From: a virus
DNA length: 64,000 nt
IMG/VR virus record: IMGVR_UViG_3300028844_001770
Span: 2,514 to 66,513 of that record
Strand: one strand, 5' to 3'
The translations under genes were made by a program, and so were the position numbers. Shown here in pieces: positions 10,507 through 21,035 of the stretch. Positions within the stretch are counted from its first letter, which is position 1, and each line of letters opens with the position of its first letter. The notes under the pieces were generated by a model. That model was not told the DNA's origin, did no database searches, and saw only the letters and a list, made by a program, of their open reading frames with translations.

Positions 10507-11868
10507 ATGAGTAAAGACTTTGAGAACGTACCAAAATCAAAAGGAAATACACTTTGTCCAATGCCTTGGAACTCAATCAATCTTAGAAATAATGGAGATT
10601 TGAGAATATGCTGTAATACGAATTCGTATTCACCTCAACGTGGCATAATGAAGAAAGAAGATGGTACTCCTTATAACGCTGGACGTGATGATTTTAATGA
10701 AGCCAGAAATGCGATTATATTGAAAGATGTTCGTAAGACTATGATGAAAGGCGAATGGCATCCAGAATGTGAACGTTGCAGACAAGAAGAAGTCAACGGT
10801 ATTAGGTCGAGAAGAGAATATGAAACTGAAGATTGGGGACTTACTGAAGAGAGAATCCATGAGGTTACACAGGAAGATGGTACACTAGATGTTGAAGAAC
10901 AGAACATCGATTTCTTTGATATCCGTTATGGAAATTTCTGCAATCTAAAATGTAGAATGTGTGGGCCAACAGATTCGCATATGTGGTATGATGATTTCGT
11001 AAAAGTACACGGAAGAACACACTATAAAGATACACACGACAAAATTCAGTTAGTACAGAATAACAAAGGCAAGTGGGCTACTGACCAATATGATTGGTTT
11101 AAGAATGCTGACCATTATTGGGAACAGTTTGACAAGTATTGTACTAGTGCTAAGAAATTGTATATAGTTGGTGGTGAACCATTAATCATTGCAGAACACC
11201 AAGAGAGTTTAGAGAAACTCGTTGCGAGTGGTAATGCACATAAGATACAATTAGAATATAACACTAACCTAACAATGGTACCAGATAGATTAGTATATCT
11301 TTGGGAACAGTTTAAGCAGATACGTATTGGTGTTAGTATTGATGGATGTAATGATGTGTTCGATTATCAAAGAACACCAGCAAAGTTTCCAGCAGTGTAC
11401 AAACATATGAAGACACTAAATGATAATGAACAAATAAACTTAAAAGCATGGTTTGCCTTTACAGTTACTCCAATGAATGTATATCATATGCCAGAGTTTA
11501 TGAAATGGAAGTTAGAAGAGTCTGGATTAGATAAGTTTAATCCTCATCATAGTCCACGACCAACCATAACACAACATATGTGTCACTCTCCAAAATACTA
11601 TAACATTAAAGTGTTACCAGAAAAGAACAAGCAAGAAGTAGTTGCATTGTATGAAGAATATAAAGAATGGGTAATGGCAAGTGACCATCCAAATAAAACC
11701 AAGAAGCATTTCTGTACGGTATTAGACTCAACTGTTAGATTTATGTTGAGTGAGGACTATTCTAAAGAATGGCTAGGTGAATTTGTAAAAATGACTAGCA
11801 AACTAGATGAAGTAAGAGGACAAAATATATTAGATATTGTTCCGCAGTATAAAGATTTATTTGGATAA
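10507..11868 (+). CDS. Radical SAM enzyme with N-terminal Twitch-like Cys domain
   Basis: CPMPW...ICC...CERC; CNLKCRMC; GGEP; YNTN; AAGGA RBS before ATG at 10507. Confidence 0.92.
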   Translation: MSKDFENVPKSKGNTLCPMPWNSINLRNNGDLRICCNTNSYSPQRGIMKKEDGTPYNAGRDDFNEARNAIILKDVRKTMMKGEWHPECERCRQEEVNGIRSRREYETEDWGLTEERIHEVTQEDGTLDVEEQNIDFFDIRYGNFCNLKCRMCGPTDSHMWYDDFVKVHGRTHYKDTHDKIQLVQNNKGKWATDQYDWFKNADHYWEQFDKYCTSAKKLYIVGGEPLIIAEHQESLEKLVASGNAHKIQLEYNTNLTMVPDRLVYLWEQFKQIRIGVSIDGCNDVFDYQRTPAKFPAVYKHMKTLNDNEQINLKAWFAFTVTPMNVYHMPEFMKWKLEESGLDKFNPHHSPRPTITQHMCHSPKYYNIKVLPEKNKQEVVALYEEYKEWVMASDHPNKTKKHFCTVLDSTVRFMLSEDYSKEWLGEFVKMTSKLDEVRGQNILDIVPQYKDLFG

Positions 11869-11875
11869 AATTGAT

Positions 11876-13111
11876 ATGAGAGATACTCCTTATTGTAATG
11901 CACCTTGGTTAGGTTTGTTTTTTGAAGGAACAAGAGGTTGTGCTCCGTGTTGTGAATGGAAAGGCTCTGTTTTTCCTGGTACAATCACAGAATATCAAAA
12001 ATCAGATTATCTAAAGAACTTTAAAAAGAAAATGTATTCTGATAAAATGCATGCCAATTGTATTGAGTGCGAAACAAATGAGAAAAACAATGCAAAAATT
12101 GGATCCACTAGAAAATATTATGAACAATACGATTTGGAATCACATTGTGCTGGAGAAGAAGTTTGTTCTGATACTAATTGTAATTCATCCAATGGAATAA
12201 CTAAAATCATAAAATTGGATTTTAGAGCAGGCAATAAATGTAATATGATGTGTAGAATGTGTAGTCCAGAATCTTCATCATTACTTGAAGAAGAAGCACT
12301 AAAACACGGACCTGCAAGTCAGATTTCAACAATCGATGGTATACCTACACTAAATTATGTGAAAAATATAGATTCGTCAGATGTTTATGACTTAGACTTA
12401 AGTGACTGCAAAGAGATTTCCATTCTTGGTGGTGAACCCTCAATTGATTTAAATGTAAGAAAGTTTATTGATTACGTTGCTGAAAAATATACAGACGTAG
12501 CAGTAATGGTTACAACAAATGCCACAAATGCATCAGATTCATGGTTCAACACTTTAAAAAGGTTTTGTATGGGAAAAAAATTGCAGATAGTATTGTCAGT
12601 TGACGCTGTTGGACCAACACAAGAGTATCAAAGAAAAAGCAAAATTCCCTGGAGTAAAATTAGAAATAACATATTAAAGTATAAAGAAGCATCAGCCGGC
12701 CATGATAATTGTCATCTTAATATTCAATGCACCTTAACTTCTATTAATTTAGTAACTATAGATAAGTGGTGGGATGAAATGATGGATTTTAATATAGATG
12801 TACAGGTAAATCCCGTACATCATCCATTCCCTCTATCAGTTTCAGCAATACCGCCAGAATTAAAAAACAAGTCTGTAGAATGGTTGAAGAATTGGTTGTT
12901 ACAGTTTTCAGTAAAAAAAGAATCGACTGATATAACTGTTCGTAATAAAATTTTGACAACAAACAATGTAATAAAAGTATTAAAAAATACAGAATTTAAT
13001 GTCGAAAATCTTCATAAATTTCAAGCGGCAACTAGAAAATTAGATAAGATAAGAGGCGAAGATATAATAAAATTAGATGATAGATTCACTAGTATGATGG
13101 ATAAAAAATGA
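11876..13111 (+). CDS. Radical SAM enzyme with N-terminal Twitch-like Cys domain
   Basis: CNAPW...PCC...CIEC; CNMMCRMC; GGEP; TTNAT. Confidence 0.9.
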   Translation: MRDTPYCNAPWLGLFFEGTRGCAPCCEWKGSVFPGTITEYQKSDYLKNFKKKMYSDKMHANCIECETNEKNNAKIGSTRKYYEQYDLESHCAGEEVCSDTNCNSSNGITKIIKLDFRAGNKCNMMCRMCSPESSSLLEEEALKHGPASQISTIDGIPTLNYVKNIDSSDVYDLDLSDCKEISILGGEPSIDLNVRKFIDYVAEKYTDVAVMVTTNATNASDSWFNTLKRFCMGKKLQIVLSVDAVGPTQEYQRKSKIPWSKIRNNILKYKEASAGHDNCHLNIQCTLTSINLVTIDKWWDEMMDFNIDVQVNPVHHPFPLSVSAIPPELKNKSVEWLKNWLLQFSVKKESTDITVRNKILTTNNVIKVLKNTEFNVENLHKFQAATRKLDKIRGEDIIKLDDRFTSMMDKK

Positions 13112-14181
13112 GTTATTTAAATGTAGACGAAATAACAGGCATACATATTGAACATACAAGTAAATGTAATCTTCTTTGTCCTCAATGTGCTAGGGTTGGC
13201 AGTGATGGTAAAAAGAATCCTATACTACCAATAGGTGAACTGACAATTGAAGATTATAAAAGTTTACTAACACCAGCCTTTGCTAGTCATATAGATAGAG
13301 TATTCTGGTGTGGAAATTACGGAGATAGTATTGCTTCAAATAACTTTTTAGAGTGTTTAGAATTTGTAAGACATTCTGGAGTTAAAGGACTGACAGTAGT
13401 GACAAATGGCAGTGCCCAAAAGCCAGACTGGTGGATTAAAATGGCAAAGATACTAGATAGAGATACAGATAAAGTAGAGTTTAGTATTGACGGACTAGAA
13501 GACACAAACCACATATATAGAATTAATAGTAACTGGCAAAAATTGAAAGAGAACGTAGAGGCTTTTATTGGTGCTGGTGGTAACGCACATTGGGACTATT
13601 TGATATTTGACCACAACAGACATCAACTAGCAGAAGTAAAAGATGTGGCTGATGAGATGGGTTTTAAACATATTAACTTTAAGAATACAAGTAGGTTTAT
13701 AAACTTAAATGACTTTAATCAAATTTTAGAACTAGAGACAAAGAATTATAATATCATATCAAGTTGGGAAAATAAAAACACAGACAAGTATGAACAAATC
13801 ATAGATAAATTTGGCAACTTCAATGCATATGTTGACCAGACTCCTATAACATGCAAATATAAAAGAGATAAGTTTGTTTATATTGATTTTCAAATGAAAT
13901 TATGGCCATGTTGTTGGGTAGGCGCACCAACATACTTTTATAATGAAGATAATATACAGTCATCACAACTGAAATCCTTAGAGAATAAATACGGTAAAGA
14001 GTTTAATTCATTAAGAACAAATACATTGGAAGAAGTATTAAAAAAAGATTTCTATGCTACTGATTTAGTAAGCAGTTGGAATAATAACATAGAAGATAAA
14101 AATCCAAAGTTGTTTACATGTGGAAGAACATGTGGTGATGATTTTGAGTTCAGTAGTCGAGGAAGAGGACTAAATGAATAA
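13108..14181 (+). CDS. Radical SAM enzyme with C-terminal Twitch/SPASM-like Cys domain
   Basis: CNLLCPQC, CGNYGD, FSIDG, PCCW...CGRTC; paralog of 6273..7364. Confidence 0.92.
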   Translation: MSYLNVDEITGIHIEHTSKCNLLCPQCARVGSDGKKNPILPIGELTIEDYKSLLTPAFASHIDRVFWCGNYGDSIASNNFLECLEFVRHSGVKGLTVVTNGSAQKPDWWIKMAKILDRDTDKVEFSIDGLEDTNHIYRINSNWQKLKENVEAFIGAGGNAHWDYLIFDHNRHQLAEVKDVADEMGFKHINFKNTSRFINLNDFNQILELETKNYNIISSWENKNTDKYEQIIDKFGNFNAYVDQTPITCKYKRDKFVYIDFQMKLWPCCWVGAPTYFYNEDNIQSSQLKSLENKYGKEFNSLRTNTLEEVLKKDFYATDLVSSWNNNIEDKNPKLFTCGRTCGDDFEFSSRGRGLNE

Positions 14182-14202
14182 TATATTGGAGAAAAGTTAG
14201 AT

Positions 14203-15426
14203 ATGAAAGATAATGGTGCTATATGTATGTTGCCTTGGACCCATATGGCAGTTTCCATGAAGAACACTACACGACCTTGTTGTAGATTTATAGTGGGAAA
14301 CGATGAAGTTGAATTAGAAGAAGATGCTATGAAGCCGTATGATGACAAGTACAAATGGCTACGAAGAGATATGCTCGAAGGCAAGAAAGCCAAAGAATGC
14401 TCACTATGTTACAGTGAAGGCAAGCATTCAATGAGATGGGCAGCCAACAATGTACTATTCAAACTAGAAGAAGTAAATCTTACTGAAGAATTTGATAAGT
14501 TGCGTTCAATTGAATTAAGTTTAGATAACCTTTGCAATTTACAATGTAAAATGTGTGACTCTTTATTCTCAAGTAAACTGTATTACCGAGATGATTTCTT
14601 AATGAATAAACTAGGCCTTCGTGGTCGCAAACCTACAAAGATACCAAAACAAAGAATTGAATATTTGAAGTCTCTAAATGTAGACTGGGAAAACTTAGAA
14701 AAAGTTAAGATATTAGGTGGCGAACCATTCTTCTCACCAAACTTTCCAAAGTTAATAGATTGGCTAATAGAAAAATGTGATGTAGAAAATATGCTATTAG
14801 AAATAATCACAAACACAACACAGAGACTAGATAATGTGATGATTGAGAAACTTAATCGTTTCAGAAAAATCATATTGACTGGGTCAATAGATGGGTGTAA
14901 TGATTATAATCAATATCAACGTTGGGGTTCACCTGGCTGGCAAGAATCAATAGAAATATATGAAGAATACCTATCGCAGTTAAAGAACATAGAAAAGGGA
15001 CACATACACTCCACGTATAGTACGTTAAATCTAAATGGCTTTGCGGATGATATGGACTATTTTTCTGAGAATCATCCTGACTGGTCCGTATCTTTTAAGA
15101 TAGTAGAGTCGGGCGAACTTAGTCCATATTATGCACCAGATTGGTTTCAACAATGGATATTAGATAAATGGGATGTTAACGAGCATTCAGAGATAGCACA
15201 AAATAAGATTGATAGAGCAAAGAGTATACTAAAAACAAATAATAAAAAAACTGAAGATAAAGAATATACGTGGTATTTATTTCTGAGAAAGACAAAAGAA
15301 CTAGATGGTTATTATGATTCTAATATAGAAGATTATAATCCTGAATTAGTAAATATAATGAGAGAAAAAGATACTCTTTATAACTTAGAAGAGTTTAAAA
15401 AGGCGGATAAATCAGATGAAGTGTAA
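14203..15426 (+). CDS. Radical SAM enzyme with N-terminal Twitch-like Cys domain
   Basis: CMLPW...PCC...CSLC; CNLQCKMC; GGEP; SIDG. Confidence 0.9.
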   Translation: MKDNGAICMLPWTHMAVSMKNTTRPCCRFIVGNDEVELEEDAMKPYDDKYKWLRRDMLEGKKAKECSLCYSEGKHSMRWAANNVLFKLEEVNLTEEFDKLRSIELSLDNLCNLQCKMCDSLFSSKLYYRDDFLMNKLGLRGRKPTKIPKQRIEYLKSLNVDWENLEKVKILGGEPFFSPNFPKLIDWLIEKCDVENMLLEIITNTTQRLDNVMIEKLNRFRKIILTGSIDGCNDYNQYQRWGSPGWQESIEIYEEYLSQLKNIEKGHIHSTYSTLNLNGFADDMDYFSENHPDWSVSFKIVESGELSPYYAPDWFQQWILDKWDVNEHSEIAQNKIDRAKSILKTNNKKTEDKEYTWYLFLRKTKELDGYYDSNIEDYNPELVNIMREKDTLYNLEEFKKADKSDEV

Positions 15427-16585
15427 GTACGCATGGTCGCATTTAGACTTAAAGTCTGGTGGATTTGCACCGTGCTTTAGATTTAAAAGAAATGATTTTG
15501 TAGAATCTGATATAGATAAACTACCATCACAGGTTATCAACAATGCCGACTTTGTTAAAGTTAGACAGCAGTTGCGTAATGATGAATGGCCTGCTGGATG
15601 TATTGACTGCCAGATACAAGAAGAGTCTGGTCTATCTTCATACAGAACTAGGTCGTTAGAGAATACAATACATACTGAACCAGATTATGATTCCGATATT
15701 ATTCATATAAAAGATTTACAATTAAAGATGACACGAGCATGTAACTACAAGTGTAGACATTGTGATACGTCATCGAATTCTAGGTTCGAACAGACTGGTA
15801 AAGATAATCCAACAATAGAATTAAAGTTGAAGAAAGATTTTAACTTCAGTCACATATCTCCACCTACAAATAAAATAGATATTCCAGATGATAGAGTTAT
15901 GGATGATTTGTTTGAAAATGTATTACCAACTGTGGAGAACATTGAATTCTCTGGCGGTGAACCATTCTATACGAGAGATATGTATAAGACATTGCAACGA
16001 ATGATTGATGACCCGAGAATTGATACAAAAAAGATATCTCTTGTTTACAATAGTAACATGAGTATACTTGAGTATAAAGGATGGACAGTTAAAACATTAT
16101 GGCCACACTTCAAAAGAGTTAGCGTAACGGTATCATTAGACGGCACCGGAGACTTATTTAACTACTTTAGGACAGATGGTGACTATCAGACTGTGCTAAA
16201 TAATATCGTTGAGATTGCACCTTTAGTTAACAATTTCTTATTTGTATGTACTACATCGGCGTATCATGCATTCTATATGAATGAAATATATAATGATTTT
16301 TTAGATATTAAAAAGTTAATACCAACTAAGCCAGTAAATATAAGAACTACATTTGTTCACTGGCCACAGGCGTTAGATATTGTGAACTTAGAAGAAGAAA
16401 CGAAAGACAAAATACTAGAGGACCTGGTTATAAATGATTTTACTGCCGAGTTTGCTCAAAGATTGAAAGGTAAAAGAACATTGAATAAATGTCAATTCAG
16501 AGAACTAGTTAAACTACAAGATGAACTTTATGATGTATCGTGCGAAACAATGGCACCTAAAGTATGGGATTACGTATGGAAATAA
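15416..16585 (+). CDS. Radical SAM enzyme with N-terminal Twitch-like Cys domain
   Basis: CKYAW...PC...CIDC; CNYKCRHC; SGGEP; SLDG. Confidence 0.9.
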   Translation: MKCKYAWSHLDLKSGGFAPCFRFKRNDFVESDIDKLPSQVINNADFVKVRQQLRNDEWPAGCIDCQIQEESGLSSYRTRSLENTIHTEPDYDSDIIHIKDLQLKMTRACNYKCRHCDTSSNSRFEQTGKDNPTIELKLKKDFNFSHISPPTNKIDIPDDRVMDDLFENVLPTVENIEFSGGEPFYTRDMYKTLQRMIDDPRIDTKKISLVYNSNMSILEYKGWTVKTLWPHFKRVSVTVSLDGTGDLFNYFRTDGDYQTVLNNIVEIAPLVNNFLFVCTTSAYHAFYMNEIYNDFLDIKKLIPTKPVNIRTTFVHWPQALDIVNLEEETKDKILEDLVINDFTAEFAQRLKGKRTLNKCQFRELVKLQDELYDVSCETMAPKVWDYVWK

Positions 16586-17706
16586 CAATAGAAGTAACAT
16601 CTAATTGTCAAGCAGGGTGTCCTGGGTGTATAAGACATAAAGTATTTAATCCAGATACTGATTTAGTTTCTAATCCACCAAAGAACTTAAATCTTCCAGT
16701 AGATGTTCATAACCAATTAATTGATGAAGTTTATGACAAAGTAACCCACTTGACTTATGATGGTAGTTTTGGTGATAGTCCATTCCATCCTGACTTCTTA
16801 GAACTTATAGAGTATTCAGCATCAAAGTGTACAAAGTTACAAGACCTTTCTATTTCTACAAATGGTTCATATAAACCACCTGCATTCTGGAAAGAACTTG
16901 GAGAGATATTACATAAGTATCTACCAAAAAACCATCATGTGATGTTTGACCTTGATGGTGTTGATAATGAAACACAAATTATGTACAGAGTTGATACAAA
17001 CTATGATAAGATAATACAGAATGCCGAAGCATTTAGTAGTGGTGGTGGTAATGCTGTTTGGAAAATGATTCCATTTGATTTCAACGAAGACCTTGTAGAT
17101 AAGGCGAAAGAGTTAGCAGAGAAGCATAACTTCTATGGCTTTCAAAGAAATAGAATTCAACGGGTTGAACAAAAAGCAGTTAAGATTGCTTTGAGTGAAA
17201 AGTTGAATGAACTTGATAAGATGAAAGAAGAAGATGAAGATTTGATGAATATCAGCGATGATTTAGTTGAAAAGAATTTAAAGAAGGCTAAAAATCTTAT
17301 CAAAGATATACCAGTTGATACTAACCTTAATGCTGAAGCAAATCTGGAGAAAATCAGAGAAAACACAGGCATAACTTGTAAATGGGGAACTGCTAACAGA
17401 TATCAGATATCACACGATGGTTCTGTCTGGAGATGTTGTTGGATGAATTCAAATTATCAATATAAAACACAATTCGATGCTGGTGGAAGAGAAAACTGGC
17501 AAAGATTCACTAAAAGATACAATGAAGGTTGGAATAACTTGCATTCTAATTCATTTAGTGATATAATAAGACATGATTTCTTTACAAAAGATTTAGAAGA
17601 AAGTTTTTCAAATAAGTTTGACGATGAAGTCAATCCTAAATTAAAAGTATGCACAACGAGGTGCTCCAATCTATCAATAAAACTAACAAAACGAGGAATA
17701 TACTAA
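16576..17706 (+). CDS. Radical SAM enzyme with C-terminal Twitch/SPASM-like Cys domain
   Basis: CQAGCPGC, GSFGD, STNG, RCCW...CTTRC. Confidence 0.9.
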   Translation: MEITIEVTSNCQAGCPGCIRHKVFNPDTDLVSNPPKNLNLPVDVHNQLIDEVYDKVTHLTYDGSFGDSPFHPDFLELIEYSASKCTKLQDLSISTNGSYKPPAFWKELGEILHKYLPKNHHVMFDLDGVDNETQIMYRVDTNYDKIIQNAEAFSSGGGNAVWKMIPFDFNEDLVDKAKELAEKHNFYGFQRNRIQRVEQKAVKIALSEKLNELDKMKEEDEDLMNISDDLVEKNLKKAKNLIKDIPVDTNLNAEANLEKIRENTGITCKWGTANRYQISHDGSVWRCCWMNSNYQYKTQFDAGGRENWQRFTKRYNEGWNNLHSNSFSDIIRHDFFTKDLEESFSNKFDDEVNPKLKVCTTRCSNLSIKLTKRGIY

Positions 17707-17707
17707 A

Positions 17708-18505
17708 ATGATTATAGAAGACAACGTGGTTGTACACCGTAGAGGCAATGATGCAGACCAAGAGCATCCTGAAGAATACAAAATTAAACTTAATCTTGGA
17801 CACGAAAACATAGGACTAGGAATGTCTGGTGGTTTAGACTCGTCTATATTGTTGTGGCTATTAGCACATCATATTAATGAGAACAAACTAGACACTACCA
17901 TACACATTTGGTCTTGTATTCACCAAGAAAAGCCTTGGCAACATATCCATGCCAAAAAAGTAATTGCATTTGTAAAAGAAGAGTTTCCAAATGTGAAGTT
18001 TGGAAAACATAGAATTACAAGAACATCTGCTAAAGATTACATTGACAACGGAAGAAAGAATTCTTGGGCACTAGTAGAAGAGGAAAAGGTTACTGCATTA
18101 TTTAATGGCGTAACTGTTAATCCACCTGAAGAAATTGGCGCACCAATTTGGAAGAAGAGATGGAACCGTAGAGCAGAGACTAGAGATTGGAACAAAAAAG
18201 AGTTTTGGGTTGCTGAAAGAAGCGAAGCGTATGTTATGGCAACAGAACCACATCATACAGAATATCTTCCTTTCGTTCATACAGATAAGAGAATTGTTCT
18301 GGCTCTTTATAAAAAATATGGTTTACTTGCTGACCTTGGTGCATTGACTAGGTCATGTGAGGGCTGGATTGAAGAAACTGAAAACTTTACAAAAGAATGT
18401 AAAGGTTGTTGGTGGTGTGTTGAGAAAGAATGGGCAATAGCAGAAATATTTAACTATGATGTGAACCATAATCTTTCAACTTGGAAAGAGTTAGACATAG
18501 AATAA
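17708..18505 (+). CDS. Second QueC-like PP-loop ATPase
   Basis: SGGLDS; GVTVNPP; TRSC...CKGCWWCVEK; paralog of 9840..10496. Confidence 0.8.
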   Translation: MIIEDNVVVHRRGNDADQEHPEEYKIKLNLGHENIGLGMSGGLDSSILLWLLAHHINENKLDTTIHIWSCIHQEKPWQHIHAKKVIAFVKEEFPNVKFGKHRITRTSAKDYIDNGRKNSWALVEEEKVTALFNGVTVNPPEEIGAPIWKKRWNRRAETRDWNKKEFWVAERSEAYVMATEPHHTEYLPFVHTDKRIVLALYKKYGLLADLGALTRSCEGWIEETENFTKECKGCWWCVEKEWAIAEIFNYDVNHNLSTWKELDIE

Positions 18506-18508
18506 ACG

Positions 18509-18829
18509 ATGAGCCTAGAATTACAATTAGAATCAAAATGCACTATATGTGGCAATGAGTATGATGAGACATGTGGTGGAGTACAAGGACATTTCGGTAT
18601 AACACCAGTTACGTTTTGTGAATGGTGCTATTCAAGTGTTTATGATATGGTTGAGCAAGATATAAGGGATGGTATTAGAGAAGAATTAAACGAAGATGAA
18701 TCCGAAGATATCAAAACTATCCTTGATACTGTTGGTATAGATTATGAAACAGTTATAAACAAGTATAATAAAAAACAAAGATTCTTCAACTTTAAATTTG
18801 ATGAGCCGTGTGGAATGAGTCATAAATGA
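18509..18829 (+). CDS. Small Zn-ribbon-like hypothetical protein
   Basis: CTIC...CEWC pair. Confidence 0.6.
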   Translation: MSLELQLESKCTICGNEYDETCGGVQGHFGITPVTFCEWCYSSVYDMVEQDIRDGIREELNEDESEDIKTILDTVGIDYETVINKYNKKQRFFNFKFDEPCGMSHK

Positions 18830-20007
18830 ATGATAAAGAAAACGAATTATATTGGTCACAGTACGACTTCACAGAGATACCATTTGATGATATCGTTAGT
18901 GTAGGACAACGAACTCTTTTATACAGAGATTTGTTTTCAGTGAGTTGGTTACTGGGAAGATTCTGTAATTATAAGTGTTCTTATTGTTGGCCTTATGCTA
19001 GAAGTGACCGCAAAGACCACAGACCAACTGAACTATGTCTAGCAACGATAGACGAAATAAAAAGGCAAGCAAGACAAAATGGATTTAACTCTTTTCACTT
19101 TTCTTTATCTGGTGGTGAACCTACTTTTCATCCTGGCTATTTGGACATCCTCAATCACCTCGCTGGAGATGTGGATAATACTAATTATACTTCTACTCAT
19201 ATGACAACTAATATGTCACGCAATATGAAGTGGCATAAAACATACTGTGAGACCGTCTCCAAGATGCACAGAGCGAGTATCACAGCATCATTCCACAGTG
19301 AGTATGCAAAGCAAGAAGAATTTGCAGATAAGTTATTATTCTGTATGGAATATGATATTCAAGTGACAATCAATATGGTTCTTGTTCCTGAGTGGTTTGA
19401 CCGAGACTGGGAAAGAGCATTATACTTTCACAACCGTGGTATAAATGTTACACTAAAACCTCAAAGTGACCCAACTGCATCTTTTGTAGTACATGGTTAT
19501 ACAGATGACCAACTAAAAACTATGCGTAATGGCATGCCTCAGCGTGACTACACAACAACTCTACAAGAAGAAACTGGTATAAAAGTAGTAAGACCAAAAC
19601 CTAAATCAGGCAGTATGTGGAGAATGGATGCACAGAATGGTGATGACAAATCAGTGCCACCAATTATGCAAGTAGAGTTCCAAGATAGTAAGGGTAAGAA
19701 ATGGTATATGGACCAAGCAGAACGTTTCAATGCTTTCAACTTTAATAAGTTCAAAGGATGGGAATGCACAAGTGGGTTTAAAGGTATCATTATCAGAGAA
19801 CCAGATGGGTCTATTAAGCGGTCATACAGTTGTGCTGATGAACCATTAGGATATGTAGAGAGTGGCTTTAAACTATTTGACAAACCAAAAGTTTGTATTA
19901 GTGAGAGTTGTGTAAGTAGTGCAGATAGTAAGATACCTAAACGTAAACCAGGTGCAATGATACCGATATATCCAGGTGATACATCCTTCAATACGGAGAA
20001 AGAATAA
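18826..20007 (+). CDS. Radical SAM enzyme (third subtype in cluster)
   Basis: CNYKCSYC, SGGEPT, ASFH, C-terminal C...SC...C...C. Confidence 0.92.
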   Translation: MNDKENELYWSQYDFTEIPFDDIVSVGQRTLLYRDLFSVSWLLGRFCNYKCSYCWPYARSDRKDHRPTELCLATIDEIKRQARQNGFNSFHFSLSGGEPTFHPGYLDILNHLAGDVDNTNYTSTHMTTNMSRNMKWHKTYCETVSKMHRASITASFHSEYAKQEEFADKLLFCMEYDIQVTINMVLVPEWFDRDWERALYFHNRGINVTLKPQSDPTASFVVHGYTDDQLKTMRNGMPQRDYTTTLQEETGIKVVRPKPKSGSMWRMDAQNGDDKSVPPIMQVEFQDSKGKKWYMDQAERFNAFNFNKFKGWECTSGFKGIIIREPDGSIKRSYSCADEPLGYVESGFKLFDKPKVCISESCVSSADSKIPKRKPGAMIPIYPGDTSFNTEKE

Positions 20008-20630
20008 TGTTTGAAGACAGAATCTACGAAATGACTGAAATAACTTATGACCGAAAACGATTGGAAGACTTCTATGAAAAAGTTAAACATTTGGCAGTAG
20101 ATTATGCATCAATCAGAAGTAGAGCAACAAAAGGTTTATTCAGTTCTATAAAGTTAGACGGAGATGAGTTTGAAGGTAAAGAATTCCTTGATTATCCAGA
20201 AATATCAGAATTAGTAGAACTATTTAATCCAGTGAAAAAACAAATAGGAAATGGAAATATAGCAATAACAGTTTATTCACCTTATTTTAATTTTCACCCT
20301 CATACAGATTTTTCCAGAAAGGCTGTGATAATGTTTCCTATACTACCAGAAGATGGTGGTAAAGGATTAGATTTCTATGCTGATGAGATACTAGGAGAAG
20401 ATGCACATTTGATACACTCAGATGACCAAGCAATGGCTCCGGGACATGATGAAGAGTTCTACCTAGGAACATGCCAATATTCAACTATACATCCTACTTT
20501 AATGGACACAGAAAGAGTTCATGGAGTAAGAAATGATGACAAAACCAGAGTGTATCTTCAAATAAGTCTCTATGATATGTTTGAAGACACCGTAAAGCGT
20601 ATAAAATCTGGTGATTTTTTAAATCTATAA
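20007..20630 (+). CDS. 2OG-Fe(II) oxygenase-like protein
   Basis: HTD...H facial triad (FHPHTD, RVHGV) followed by R-x-x-x-Q strand. Confidence 0.65.
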   Translation: MFEDRIYEMTEITYDRKRLEDFYEKVKHLAVDYASIRSRATKGLFSSIKLDGDEFEGKEFLDYPEISELVELFNPVKKQIGNGNIAITVYSPYFNFHPHTDFSRKAVIMFPILPEDGGKGLDFYADEILGEDAHLIHSDDQAMAPGHDEEFYLGTCQYSTIHPTLMDTERVHGVRNDDKTRVYLQISLYDMFEDTVKRIKSGDFLNL

Positions 20631-20642
20631 CGGAGAAATAAA

Positions 20643-20873
20643 ATGTGGAAACCAATAAGTGAGTGGCCAACATTAACAGAACTATTCTTTGGAAAAGGAG
20701 TAGACCCGGCAACATACGCACCATCGTATTTGTCTGGCAAAGGAAAGAAAAAAATAAATAAGAGTACAGAAAAAGCAATCACGGCTGAGAAGCCAGTTAA
20801 AAAGAAGCCTATTAAGGAGGTGCAAACCAAGGCTCCTAAGATTGCAAAGAAAAAATTGACAACTAAAAAATAG
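20643..20873 (+). CDS. Small Lys-rich hypothetical protein
   Basis: GGAG RBS; basic low-complexity C-terminus. Confidence 0.65.
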   Translation: MWKPISEWPTLTELFFGKGVDPATYAPSYLSGKGKKKINKSTEKAITAEKPVKKKPIKEVQTKAPKIAKKKLTTKK

Positions 20874-20876
20874 TAT

Positions 20877-20996
20877 ATGGCTAATGAATTAGAGAAGACA
20901 GTTAAAGAACTGTTAGAGGAAATTAAAAAATTAAATAAACGAATAGAAGCGTTAGAAAAGATGGTTAAATTCCACGATGCTATTCGTAGAAGATAA
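20877..20996 (+). CDS. 39 aa coiled-coil mini-protein (not in ORF track)
   Basis: MANELEKTVKELLEEIKKLNKRIEALEKMVKFHDAIRRR*; its 3' end is duplicated downstream with mostly third-position changes. Confidence 0.7.
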   Translation: MANELEKTVKELLEEIKKLNKRIEALEKMVKFHDAIRRR

Positions 20997-20997
20997 G
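20945..20997 (+). repeat. Direct repeat copy 1 (53 bp)
   Basis: AGAAGCGTTAGAAAAGATGG...CGTAGAAGATAAG; 43/53 identical to 22092..22144 by manual alignment. Confidence 0.85.
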
Positions 20998-21035
20998 CGA
21001 GGGTATAATGGAAAATACTCAAAAGGAGAAGTAAC

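Noticed and set aside
18826-20007. Assigning this radical SAM as QueE
   Set aside because: Much longer than QueE and lacks its recognisable N-terminal QGEG motif
6273-20873. RiPP cluster with a precursor peptide
   Set aside because: No convincing leader/core precursor, RRE domain or exporter seen; not excluded but unsupported
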